Positions 53,080 to 64,000 of a stretch of 64,000 nt of DNA are shown here, piece after piece. The translations under genes were made by a program, and so were the position numbers. The stretch is from Macrostomum lignano (Eukaryota), in NCBI GenBank assembly GCA_002269645.1, contig NIVC01001036.1, positions 186,001-250,000 on the forward strand, read 5' to 3'. Below the pieces are notes generated by a model. It made no database searches. It was not told the DNA's origin and was given only the letters and a program-made list of their open reading frames with translations. Positions within the stretch are counted from its first letter, which is position 1. Each line of letters opens with the position of its first letter.

Positions 53080-53750
53080 AAAATTCACACAGACTATGAA
53101 GTCCGCAGTGAGCTAGAGACAGATTCACACAGACTATGGAGTCCACAGTGAGCTAGAGAAAGATTCACACAGACTATGGAGTCCGCAGTGAGCTAGAGAA
53201 AGATTCACACAGACTATGGAGTCCGCAGTGAGCTAGAGAAAGATTCACACAGACTATGGAGTCCGCAGTGAGCTAGAGAAAGATTCACACAGACTATGGA
53301 GTCCGCAGTGAGCTAGAGAAAGATTCACACAGACTATGGAGTCCGCAGTGAGCTAGGGACAGATTCACACAGACTATGGAGTCCGCAGTGAATCAGGGAC
53401 AGAGTCACACAGACTATGGAGTCCGCGGTGAATCAGGGACAGATTCACACAGACTATGGAGTCCGCAGTGAATCAGGGACAGAGTCACACAGACTATGGA
53501 GTCCGCAGTGAATCAGGGACAGAGTCACACAGACTATGGAGTCCGCAGTGAATCAGGGACAGAGTCACACAGACTATGGAGTCCGCAGTGAATCAGGGAC
53601 AGATTCACACAGACTATGGAGTCCGCAGTGAATCAGGGACAGAGTCACACAGACTATGGAGTCCGCAGTGAATCAGGGACAGAGTCACACAGACTATGGA
53701 GTCCGCAGTGAATCAGGGACAGATTCACACAGACTATGGAGTCCGCAGTG
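53080..53750 (+). repeat. 40-bp minisatellite (AGATTCACACAGACTATGGAGTCCGCAGTGAGCTAGAGAA) with a second variant block
   Basis: Direct periodicity; GAGCTAGAGAA variant replaced by GAATCAGGGAC after ~53390. Confidence 0.96.
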
Positions 53751-54369
53751 AGAGAGAGAGAGAGAGGTGAAGTATGGCCAAACGCTCATCAAACCGATTA
53801 AATCCAGCTTAAGCTACACTGAGGATAGCTAAAAATAGCAATCCATCTATCTGGAGTTCTGGTGCTTGATGCAGCTCTAGTCGGCCCCACTGTCCGAATT
53901 GAAGTGTCCGTCACGGATTACCGCAATCAATTGCTGCTGCTGAGCAGATGGGGACGCAGGGGAGTTGGGAGTCGGGGGATACAAAAATTAGATTTATCAC
54001 TTAGTCAATCTGAATGGGATTAACCTTCCCTATTTGCTTGCAATCCCCGCCCGTGATTGGCCTGCGCTCAAGGACCGTTTCTTCTATCAATTCTGTGCTC
54101 TGTGCTCACAAAGTCTCTTCCTAACTGCAGATAACGATGGTTTTACAACTGCAGTGCGGCTTGAGGCCTTCTGGTTGTTAATTAATAATTAGAGCTAATT
54201 AGGCGAGCAGAGATGCCTTAATTAATAATAGTGATTACCCAGGGAGCTGAGGGCCAGCCCGACAGTCAATTTGCTCAAGAGCTTTTGTGCTCATAAACTG
54301 GGAAAAAATGAACTGTCCGCACTGACTGCGGTTGAATGCTAAAATTCAGCACTTTTACACATTGCATGC

Positions 54370-55265
54370 ATTTGAGCAGTCATCACTATGAGCAATGCAT
54401 TTGAGCAGTCATCACTATGAGCAATTCACTTGAGCAGTCATCACTATGAGCAATTCACTTGAGCAGTCATCACTATGAGCAATTCACTTGAGCAGTCATC
54501 ACTATGAGCAATTCACTTGAGCAGTCATCACTATGAGCAATGCATTTGAGCAGTCATCACTATGAGCTATGTATGAACTTGAGCAGTCATCACTATGAGC
54601 TATGTATGAACTTGAGCAGTCATCACTATGAGCTATGTATGAGCTTGAGCAGTCATCACTATGAGCAATGTATGAACTTGAGCAGTCATCACTATGAGCT
54701 ATGTATGAACTTGAGCAGTCATCACTATGAGCTATGTATGAACTTGAGCAGTCATCACTATGAGCTATGTATGAACTTGAGCAGTCATCACTATGAGCTA
54801 TGTATGAACTTGAGCAGTCATCACTATGAGCTATGTATGAGCTTGAGCAGTCATCACTATGAGCAATGTATGAACTTGAGCAGTCATCACTATGAGCTAT
54901 GTATGAACTTGAGCAGTCATCACTATGAGCTATGTATGAACTTGAGCAGTCATCACTATGAGCTATGTATGAACTTGAGCAGTCATCACTATGAGCTATG
55001 TATGAACTTGAGCAGTCATCACTATGAGCTATGTATGAACTTGAGCAGTCATCACTATGAGCTATGTATGAACTTGAGCAGTCATCACAATGAGCTATGT
55101 ATGAACTTGAGCAGTCATCACTATGAGCTATGTATGCATTTCAACAGACATCATTATGAGCAGTGCATTTGAGAAGTCATCACTATGAGCTATGTATGCA
55201 TTTGAACAGACATCATTATGAGCAGTGCATTTGAACAGTCATCACTATGAGCAATGTACTTGAGA
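54370..55265 (+). repeat. 29-bp then 33-bp minisatellite (TTGAGCAGTCATCACTATGAGCTATGTATGAAC)
   Basis: Direct periodicity. Confidence 0.96.
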
Positions 55266-55624
55266 AGTCGTTAAAAATTGGAATTGATTTCATCGTTGAG
55301 TCTGAGCCGATTTCATCGGGGTAGGAAAGTAAGTTGGAAAAGATTCCGCGGCAGATATTGTCTCGATTGAATTCGCAACGTTGCAAAGTTCCCCCATCCA
55401 GAGCTCCGGCATTGCAATTTGGCAAACAAGAAATAGGAAAATACCCGTCATTGATCCCAGATAATCCTTCTTATCGCCCAGCTGAGCCGCCGTGCTGAAA
55501 GACTTCGTGCGGCACAAAAAGTTCATGACAGGTTTGGCTTGTTGGCGCTAAGCACTGCTGCTGACTAGCTAGATAAGTCGGCCGCGTCTGTTCAACTGGA
55601 ATTCTTAAAATGGTTAGGGTTACA

Positions 55625-56185
55625 GGGTTTCATTCGGTTTAGGGTCATTAATAGTTTCATAGGGTGTATGGTTAGGTAGGAAAGTCTAGTTTCTCTAGAG
55701 TCGTAGGGTTTATAGTTACGTTCATTATGTTTATGGTTAGGGTCGTTAGGTTTATGGTTAGGGTCATTAGGTGTATGGTTAGGGTCATTAGGTTTATGGT
55801 TAGGGTCATTAGGTTTATGGTTAGGGTCATTAGGTGTATGGTTAGGGTCATTAGGTGTATGGTTAGGGTCATTAGGTGTATGGTTAGGGTCATTAAGTGT
55901 ATGGTTAGGGTCATTAGGTGTATGGTTAGGGTCATTAGGTTTATTGTTAGGGTCATTATGTGTATGGTTAGGGTCATTAGGTTTATGGTTAGGGTCATTA
56001 TGTGTATGGTTAGGGTCATTAGGTTTATGGTTAGAGTCATTAGGTGTATGGTTGGGTCATTTGATTTATGGTTAGGGTCATTAGGTATGGTTAGGATCAT
56101 GAAGTTTATGGTTAGGGCAATAGAATATATGGTTATGACCATAAGGTTTATGTTTTGGGTCATAAGGTTCATGGTTATGGTGATG
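55625..56185 (+). repeat. 21-bp telomere-motif-containing minisatellite (GGTTAGGGTCATTAGGTGTAT)
   Basis: Direct periodicity; each unit carries TTAGGG plus TTAGG. Confidence 0.93.
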
Positions 56186-56776
56186 GGGTTACTTACATGA
56201 GGCTAAGGTCAGCTAATACAGCTAGCAGCCTCAGCAGAGAAGGCCTGTTTCTAATTTTAGCTTCGCGAGTCAACTTTAGACTCAACCAAATTATCTGCTA
56301 GAAGCACCGAGCCGGCTTAAAGGTTCTGCACTTTTCCAGTAAACAGTATTTAGCCTGGCCGCTTCTCATGTATTACATGGTTAGTTGGTGCGTCTACGGA
56401 CGTGACACAGGGCTCTGGCTAGCCTCGTGTCACTGACAGACCCGGGGCCAGGGGGGGGGCGAGAGGGCAGGGCAGCCCAGGGAGGACCTGGGGGCCGGAA
56501 TGACTTTTAAAAGTTGCGGCAGGGAGGGCAGCATAATTAATCGTGCCAATCAAGGCGACCCTTGGGGTAGATTTTCCCTACGCCTTATATCCCAAGTCGA
56601 TTTGTTCAGCAGCCGATCCCGATCCCAGGAGTGGCAGCTGGTTCGTTTTTAGCGTTTCAAACTCTGTGCGCTTATTTCATCTGTCTGCTTGCTGTTATTG
56701 CTGTCCCCACACCTTGGACTCTTAAAGACTTGGGTGAAGACCTAGAAAGCAAGTTTTAAACTGCTGAACTCGGCGT

Positions 56777-57205
56777 GGAGATGATCAGAGATCGGAGATG
56801 ATCAGAGATCGGAGATGATCAGAGATCGGAGATGATCAGAGATCGGAGATGATCAGAGATCGGAGATGATCAGAGATCGGAGATGATCAGAGATAGATCG
56901 GAGATCAGAGATCGGAGATCAGAGATCGGAGATCAGAGATCGGAGATCAGAGATCGGAGATCAGAGATCGGAGATCAGAGATCGGAGATCAGAGATCGGA
57001 GATCAGAGATCGGAGATCAGAGATCGGAGATCAGAGATCGGAGATCAGAGATCGGAGATCAGAGATCGGAGATCAGAGATCGGAGATCAGAGATCGGAGA
57101 TCAGAGATCGGAGATCAGAGATCGGAGATCAGAGATCGGAGATGATCAGAGATCGGAGATCAGAGATCGGAGATGATCAGAGATCGGAGATCAGAGATCG
57201 GAGAG
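56777..57205 (+). repeat. GATC-rich satellite: 17-bp unit switching to 14-bp (GAGATCA-GAGATCG)
   Basis: Direct periodicity. Confidence 0.96.
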
Positions 57206-58022
57206 AGGTTAGCTATCGGTAAGACCGGACAGAGAATGCCCACCGAGGAACATTGGCGGCCAGAAGGACAGCCAGCGGAGCGAGTCGCAGAAAGGCCAAT
57301 TGAAACAGCGGACGCGAGCAAACACTGAGCTGAGCCGAGATCCAAATTGGCTTTTAAAAATCGGTCTGGACGCAGCGGGAAACTGGCAACTGGAATCAAT
57401 TGCTAACCCGGGCGGAACAATTTGCTCCGCAAAGATTGCAGCTCCGCTCGGGCCAGTGATTGATTTATCAGCAAATAGGTCGTCAGGGAAATTTTAAACA
57501 ATTTCGGTTATTAATAGTCTGAAAGCACCGGCTTTAATGCGATATTGTTTCTCGTCAATGAGACTTCCCATTTATCCCATCTTCTCTCCCCGCCTATTTC
57601 TCATGCAGCACCGAGAAATCTCCCAGGGGGAATCGGAGCGGATGAAGATGGGATGGGGGAAGCTGCGACACTTCCTCCACCCGGATGGGGCGCCTCATCG
57701 GCTGGATTATTGTTCTTAGAAAATCTATTTGAGCTTGCATCGCATTCGCGGAACTCAAATATCCGGCTCGCCCCCCCCCAGCCCACCTTAAGTCGGAGCT
57801 CTGGGGGACAGGGCGGAGATCAGCAAATTCAAGTGCAAAATAAGCTGCATCAGATTTGCCAGCCAATGGGCGGCTCAGCAGGCGTCATTGGCCTCGGAGG
57901 CGAGCATTTCAGAGGGGCGCAGGCCCGGGCGGCATAGAAGACCAAAGAGCTGGGCAGGCTGCGGCGGCAGGCAGATCTGTGGAAGCCTCCCTTTCTTCCT
58001 GACACATTCAGCACTAGCCAGG

Positions 58023-59534
58023 ATGCCTAGCCAGACTTGTTCCTCTCTTATCTTGCTGCTGCTGCTCGTTGCCATGGCAACAGCAGAGGCACTCAGAAGG
58101 ACGCCGCGGGAGCAACCGGTCATCACTGACGGTGTTGACAGCGGCGCAGAGTTCGAGGACGCCTCCTCCTCGCCGCCGCCGTCGCCGCAGCAGCCGCCGC
58201 CAGCGGACTCGGTGTACATCGTGATCCTGGACGCTGGATCGTCGGGCACGCGGGCCGTGGCCTACCAGTTCCGCGTGAAGCGCTCCAGCCTCATCGGCCT
58301 GGAGTACGTCAGCGTCTACAAGCGCAAGAGCGACCAGGGCCTGTCGAACTTTGAGCGCAATCCGCCCCGCTGCCGCAAGATGCTGCAGGACCTGCTCGGC
58401 GAGGTGGCCGACGGCATCCCTCGGGAGGTGCGAGGAAAAACTGTGGCAATCCTGCGCGCCACCGCCGGCTTCCGCCTGATGAAAGACAGCGCCAGGGCGA
58501 AGATCGCCAAAGAGGCCCGCGACGTCCTTCGCCGGTCGGCGTTCCGCATTCCAAACAAGGACGCGGAGCTGGTCCGGATGCTGAGCGGCAGCGATGAGGC
58601 CAAGTACTCTTGGATCGCCGTCAATTACCTGCTGGGCAATTTCCAGGAGGAGGGCGCCGCCACCAAGCCCATTGTTGAGATGGGCGGCGGCTCGCTTCAG
58701 GTGGCCTTCGAGGACCCGAAATTGGCGGCGGCAGCTGGCGGCGAGGGCGGCGGCGCCACCTTCCGACTGCACGGCGGGCGCACGTACGCGGTGCACACGC
58801 ACAGCTACCTGGGCCTCGGCTTCAGGGAGTCTGTGCTCCGCATCATCGGCTACCAGCAGCCCGATTCCGAAGAGAAGGCCTGGGCGCAAGTCTCTACGCC
58901 GTGTCTGGCGCCGAATCTAGCGCTAAATTTCAGCTTCGGCTCGACTAACATCGGCGTGATGGGTGAATCAAGCGTTGGCGGCGAGCGCCGTGTGAGCATC
59001 TGCTCGGGTCTGGCCAGACGCCTCGTCCAGCAGCTTGATGTTCACGACGAAGTCGAACTGGCCGGCGACGGCGCCAACTGGCCGCTGTACGGGATCGGCA
59101 GCATCTACTTCCTGGCGCAGTTCCTGCAGCAGAGACGCCTGGCGCCGGACATCCGGCCCGACGAGGCCACCTGCCAGGCTATGGTGAGCCGCGGCCTCCG
59201 CTGCGGCGCCTTCGCTGGCACCGTGGGCGACTTCACCGCGGCAGCCCGGCAAGTGTGCAGCGACCCGCCGAGGGCTTCCCGCTTTCCGCCCTACTACTGC
59301 ATCAGCACCTCCGTGGTGTCCGCCCTGCTCAGCCAGGGCCTGCGCCTGCCCGAGACCGCCAGGATCACCGTGCTGGGCAACAACGACGCTCTCGGCTGGA
59401 GCCTCGGCCTTGGCCTTGAATTTCTCGCCTCGGCGGAGTCGGGCGGCTCACCGTCGGCCAGTCCGAGGTGCGGCGACGTGGTCAGCTTAGCGATGGTTGC
59501 CATGATGATGCAGCTGCTCAGGATGTTGAGCTGA
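58023..59534 (+). CDS. ENTPD: Intronless GDA1/CD39-family NTPDase (apyrase, ENTPD5/6-like), 503 aa
   Basis: All five apyrase conserved regions: [48 protein letters not shown]-terminal signal peptide from ATG 58023 (the track start at 57888 is a TTG) and a hydrophobic C-terminus. Symbol is family-level. Confidence 0.93.
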   Translation: MPSQTCSSLILLLLLVAMATAEALRRTPREQPVITDGVDSGAEFEDASSSPPPSPQQPPPADSVYIVILDAGSSGTRAVAYQFRVKRSSLIGLEYVSVYKRKSDQGLSNFERNPPRCRKMLQDLLGEVADGIPREVRGKTVAILRATAGFRLMKDSARAKIAKEARDVLRRSAFRIPNKDAELVRMLSGSDEAKYSWIAVNYLLGNFQEEGAATKPIVEMGGGSLQVAFEDPKLAAAAGGEGGGATFRLHGGRTYAVHTHSYLGLGFRESVLRIIGYQQPDSEEKAWAQVSTPCLAPNLALNFSFGSTNIGVMGESSVGGERRVSICSGLARRLVQQLDVHDEVELAGDGANWPLYGIGSIYFLAQFLQQRRLAPDIRPDEATCQAMVSRGLRCGAFAGTVGDFTAAARQVCSDPPRASRFPPYYCISTSVVSALLSQGLRLPETARITVLGNNDALGWSLGLGLEFLASAESGGSPSASPRCGDVVSLAMVAMMMQLLRMLS

Positions 59535-59554
59535 CTGAGCCAGCTGGCAAAGAG

Positions 59555-60415
59555 ATAGAGGGGGAGAGAGAGAGAGAGGGAGAGAGGGAGAGAGGGAGAG
59601 AGAGGGAGAGGGAGAGAGGGAGAGAGGGAGAGAGAGGGAGAGAGGGAGAGAGGGAGAGAGGGAGAGAGAGAGAGAGGGAGAGAGGGAGAGAGGGAGAGAG
59701 GGAGAGAGAGGGAGAGAGGGAGAGAGGGAGAGAGGGAGAGAGGGAGAGAGAGGGAGAGAGAGGGAGAGAGAGAGAGAGAGAGGGAGAGAGGCAGAGAGGG
59801 AGAGAGAGGGAGAGGGAGAGAGGGAGAGAGAGAGAGAGAGGTAGAGAGAGGGAGAGAGAGAGAGAGGGAGAGAGGGAGAGAGGGAGAGAGGGAGAGAGGG
59901 AGAGAGGGAGAGAGGGAGAGAGAGAGAGAGGGAGAGAGGGAGAGAGGGAGAGAGGAGAGAGGGAGAGAGAGGGAGAGAGAGGGAGAGAGGTAGAGAGAGG
60001 GAGAGAGGTAGAGAGAGGGAGAGAGGGAGAGAGAGGAGAGCCTCCATTCCCAGGCACTGACACGGTAAAAAGATCAGGAGCAAAGAGTTTGAATTGTTAT
60101 AGTTGCCGATATTTCGAAATTATTATATTACTTCGTCAAGGAAAGTAAAAAGAAAGAAGAGGGAGAGAGAGGGAATAAGGGAGAGAAGGAGAGAGAGAGA
60201 GAGGGAGAGAGGGAGAGTGTGAGAGAGGGAGAGAGGGAGAGAGAAGGAGAGAGAGTGTGAGAGAGGGAGAGAGGGAGAGAGAGGGAGAGTGTGAAAGAGA
60301 GGGAGAGAGGGGAGAGAGGGAGAGGGAGAGAGGGAGAGAGAGGGAGAGAGAGGGAGAGGGGGAGAGGGAGAGAGGGAGAGAGAGGGCGAGAGGAGAGAGA
60401 GGGAGAGAGGGAGAC
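59555..60415 (+). repeat. Two polypurine (GA/GGA) tracts, 59555-60040 and 60155-60415
   Basis: Seen directly. Confidence 0.95.
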
Positions 60416-62515
60416 GAGGCTGGATCTCGAGACTGATGTCTCACAGCCTGCTCCGCCCAGCCAGCTAAATGAGTAGAAAAAGTTAAGACCCCAACAAGTT
60501 GGAAACAGATTTGGGAGGAATTGCAATTAACAACTAACCGACAGATCTCAAAGCGAGTGCCGATCCACCCCCCCCCCGGCCTGAGCAGGAGTTCAAGTGC
60601 AAATGGGAAAGTTTTTAAAAAGTACAGCCTCCATTCTCTTTGAATGCCTCGAACAAAAAATGTTCGCTTTGAGGGGGAGGGGAGAGTGATGTTAGGGTCT
60701 ATCTAGATCCCAAGGGGAAATCGCACAAGAGTCCCACAAAAGGGTTATTTTTCTCATCTTCTCTGCCGGCGGAGGGGGTCACACGAGGTTCCCAAGAGGC
60801 GACCCCCCTCTGTCTGCGCCAGCTCAGATGCACCCACAGCTGTACCCTGGATACCGGATTCTGTTGCACTGATTTAAGCACCGTTATTATAACCATCTGG
60901 TGCAGGTTTTCGAGTCTTCATAGCGCCTAAAAAATGATCTCTATTTTCAAACAAAAAATTCTATTAACTTTTCTAGCAGCACGAGCGGAAGTGAAAATGA
61001 TTACAGGAAAATCAGCAAAACTGCGGGACAGATAGTGAATATTAATTATATTAAATTGCTAACCAAACCGTGTACATAATCTAAATAAGTCATATTTAAA
61101 TTGAATTATTACAAAAAATTGTTAAATCTTGTGATATACAAATACCTTGGATATGCTTCATACCTTTAGCGTGTTTGCTATTTGCATTGCAGATCTGTGT
61201 ACATTAGCCTGTACCCTCTTGCTTATTATAATCTTATTTATTCTGTCAAGCTTCATACCGCTATTGCATCAGCTTTAACCATAGGCCAAGTTTTCCAGAG
61301 AGCAATGCAACGCAGATGAAGAATGAATTAAGTACTTCAGCTGCAGCAAAACCAAGCTATAGATCAGGCCATCTCTGAAATAAATGCACCAAGCTTCGCT
61401 CTAACATAAGAGTGTATCTATCTATCTCTGTTAGGTCGAATTTCTAGATGTACATCTATCGACTGTGCACCAGTGCAGTGTTCCTTGGACTTCGGCTTTT
61501 TGTCACCGGATGTGATACTTTATTTGCATCAAAATGGAATCATGCAAAGCATACACACAGGCACAGGCCAGCTCGATTCCAATGTGCAACAAATTTCAAA
61601 CAAACTGAAGTAGTTTAAAAAAGGGCAAAGTTTATTTCTAACAAAAACAAGATGTAAATAAATGAAATTTTTCTGCGTCAAAACTTTTCAAATTCGATTT
61701 CAGAAAACTAAGCACGACGTAGATCATGCGTTCGAACTTTCCTGCCGCATTAATACTGAGCTCGGGCTCAATTAAATTCGCGCCAGATGTGAAGATTTTA
61801 TCCAGTTTTAAAACGAGACCAAGTTTGTAAGAATCAGTTTTGCTATTCTGAAATTATCGAGAATTTTGTGCATAAGGTTTCTTCGCCTATCCTGCAGCAC
61901 AGTCGCCTGGGACCCATATCTCTGGGATGGGGGTGTCACTTCCCCTGGGCTAGGAATGTAAAGTTTGGTGGGAGGGTGGCAACAAAAGTGCTTCCGAGAC
62001 ACAAAGTTATGGGGAATATTAAGGCATGGAAGATTGTAAAGTCCGGAGAGGAAGCTTGGGAAAATATGAAATTTGGGGGGGGGCGCTTATAAAAAGTGCG
62101 GCATCGATTGAATTTTAACTGTGCCTGGATGAGCAAATGCAATTATCAGCCATCTGTCAGCTTGAGTTTGCTCCAGCCTCATCACCGCATAATATATCAA
62201 AGCTGAGGTTAAGCCTAAATGATAAAACCGATGTTACAGTCTACACTTGCTTTTTATTGTTGCATACAACACTATCTGGAGCTTTTAATGCGCCTGCCCC
62301 AATTAAATATGCGAGCTACAGTTTAGGAATGTCCGATCCAAAAGCACAAACAGTGAACAGCAAATCTTATACCCTTCCCACGGTCTTAAGCCAAACAGGA
62401 AATTTGCATGCACACTTGATGCAGACACATTAACGCGTTTGACTCTTGTGCTATGACCCCTGGTTCGATCCCACATCCATTTGGAGCTGTTGCACAAAAA
62501 TTGACGGATGGGTTC

Positions 62516-62621
<106 letters not shown>

Positions 62622-63634
62622 TACCGCTGTCTGTGTGTTTAGCGGGACCAGAGTTTTGTTAATGCATTAGGTGGACCACCTAGTTTCCTTATAAAACCGG
62701 TGTCTTCTGTCTCTACAGGAAAAGTTAGCGTGGGTTGTCTTTCAGTTTAGCCTGCAGATTAGCCATCTCGTGGAAACTGCATGTCACTTTCAACTGGGAT
62801 AGCTGGACCAGCCCGGACCTGTTTTAGGTGGACCTTCAAAAAGACACCGTTTAGGTGGACCATCATTTATTTAGCAGAGTACTGCGATTATTATCGACCC
62901 AGTACTGTTAAGCACGAGAAACAACACTAAAAGTCACGTGACAGAAGTCCCAAATACAAAATATGTAATTAAGTGCAAATAATGCATTCAGTTCTAGTTT
63001 GCTCCGGACTCAAGAACCATCATCCCCATTAAAAACTAATGAATCAAATGCAACTAATTTTTAGGCCGAGAAAAATAGTTACAAGTGCAAATTAACGGCC
63101 AAGCAAAAGTTTAAATAGCAAAAAGTCATATTTGTTTTTCACTAGAATAATGATAAACCTAAAGAAACACACTTAACGTCCCAAATATGTGCCAAAAGGC
63201 AAGTAGATTGACGACGATATAATTAATACATTAATTATATTAATAATGTAATATTGTAATAATGTAATTAATAATTCATTAAATACATTTGCCTAATAAA
63301 TTTCACGTATTGCAATAGAACAACTTTCCACTCAATTTTTGAAAAATGAAAAAAGTTTTAACGGACGGACAAGACATGTTACGACGGATAGCGGAATCAT
63401 CTCACAGAAAGCCACAAGCTGTCGCAGTCAATATCATCATAAACAAACTTTTGCGGTTGAGCACAAAAAAATCGTCTTCATTTTGCCGGAGTAGCTTGCG
63501 TCACTCGTCTGCATCAAAGCTGACTTGCCGTCTCCAGACTGGGCCTGTCAAATTTGGCATTTATACGAGAATTAAGGATTGACAGTTTACAACTGATATT
63601 CTACTGAGACTTTGAAACAGACTGGCATATTGGT

Positions 63635-64000
63635 GTCAGTACAGTCTGTAGGTTAGCTGGACCACCTAAACTTGAATTCCACCTCCCACCTGTGAGGCTC
63701 TAAAACAGACGGGATCAGTTGCGTCAGTGCAGTCTGTAGGTTAGCTGGACCTCCTGGACTTGAATTCCACCTCCCATCTGTGAGGCTCTTCAACAGACTG
63801 GCTCAGTTGCGTCAGTACAGTCTGTAGGTTAGCTGGACCACCTAAACTTGAATTCCACCTCCTATCTGTGAGGCTCTTCAACAGACTGGATCAGTTGCGT
63901 CAGTGCAGTCTGTAGGTTAGCTGGACCACCTAAACTTGAATTCCACCTCCTATCTGTGAGGCTCTTCAACAGACTGGATCAGTTGCGTCAGTGCAGTCTG
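63635..64000 (+). repeat. 88-bp minisatellite, truncated by the window end
   Basis: GTCAGT(A/G)CAGTCTGTAGG recurs at 63635 and 63723 and onward. Confidence 0.95.

Noticed and set aside
57888-58022. N-terminal extension of the apyrase ORF
   Set aside because: TTG start upstream of a strong acceptor-like site; the signal peptide begins at ATG 58023.
59468-60526. RE/GE-rich and LS/P-rich ORFs
   Set aside because: Translations of polypurine tracts.
62455-62480. tRNA gene
   Set aside because: Only a T-loop/B-box motif; no cloverleaf could be folded.

Overview
Eukaryotic (animal) genomic DNA with spliceosomal introns; no operons, rRNA, tRNA or CRISPR found. GC-rich, Ala/Gln/Pro-tract coding sequence, TTAGGG repeats and very high minisatellite density suggest an invertebrate such as the flatworm Macrostomum (inference only). 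Seven protein-coding genes are supportable: an unknown 224-aa protein, a CD164/porimin-like sialomucin, a secreted Cys-rich plus F-type-lectin-like protein, an Olig bHLH, a Hand-like bHLH, an intronless SLC15/POT transporter and an intronless GDA1/CD39 apyrase. The rest holds about 25 distinct tandem-repeat arrays, two foldback/MITE-like elements and a 7.1-kb train of four non-autonomous Helitrons (18362-25502). The Helitrons are joined head-to-tail at exact CTAG|TC junctions inside an ATCTA-rich repeat that mimics their own 5' end. Most long ORFs in the supplied track are artefacts of tandem repeats.
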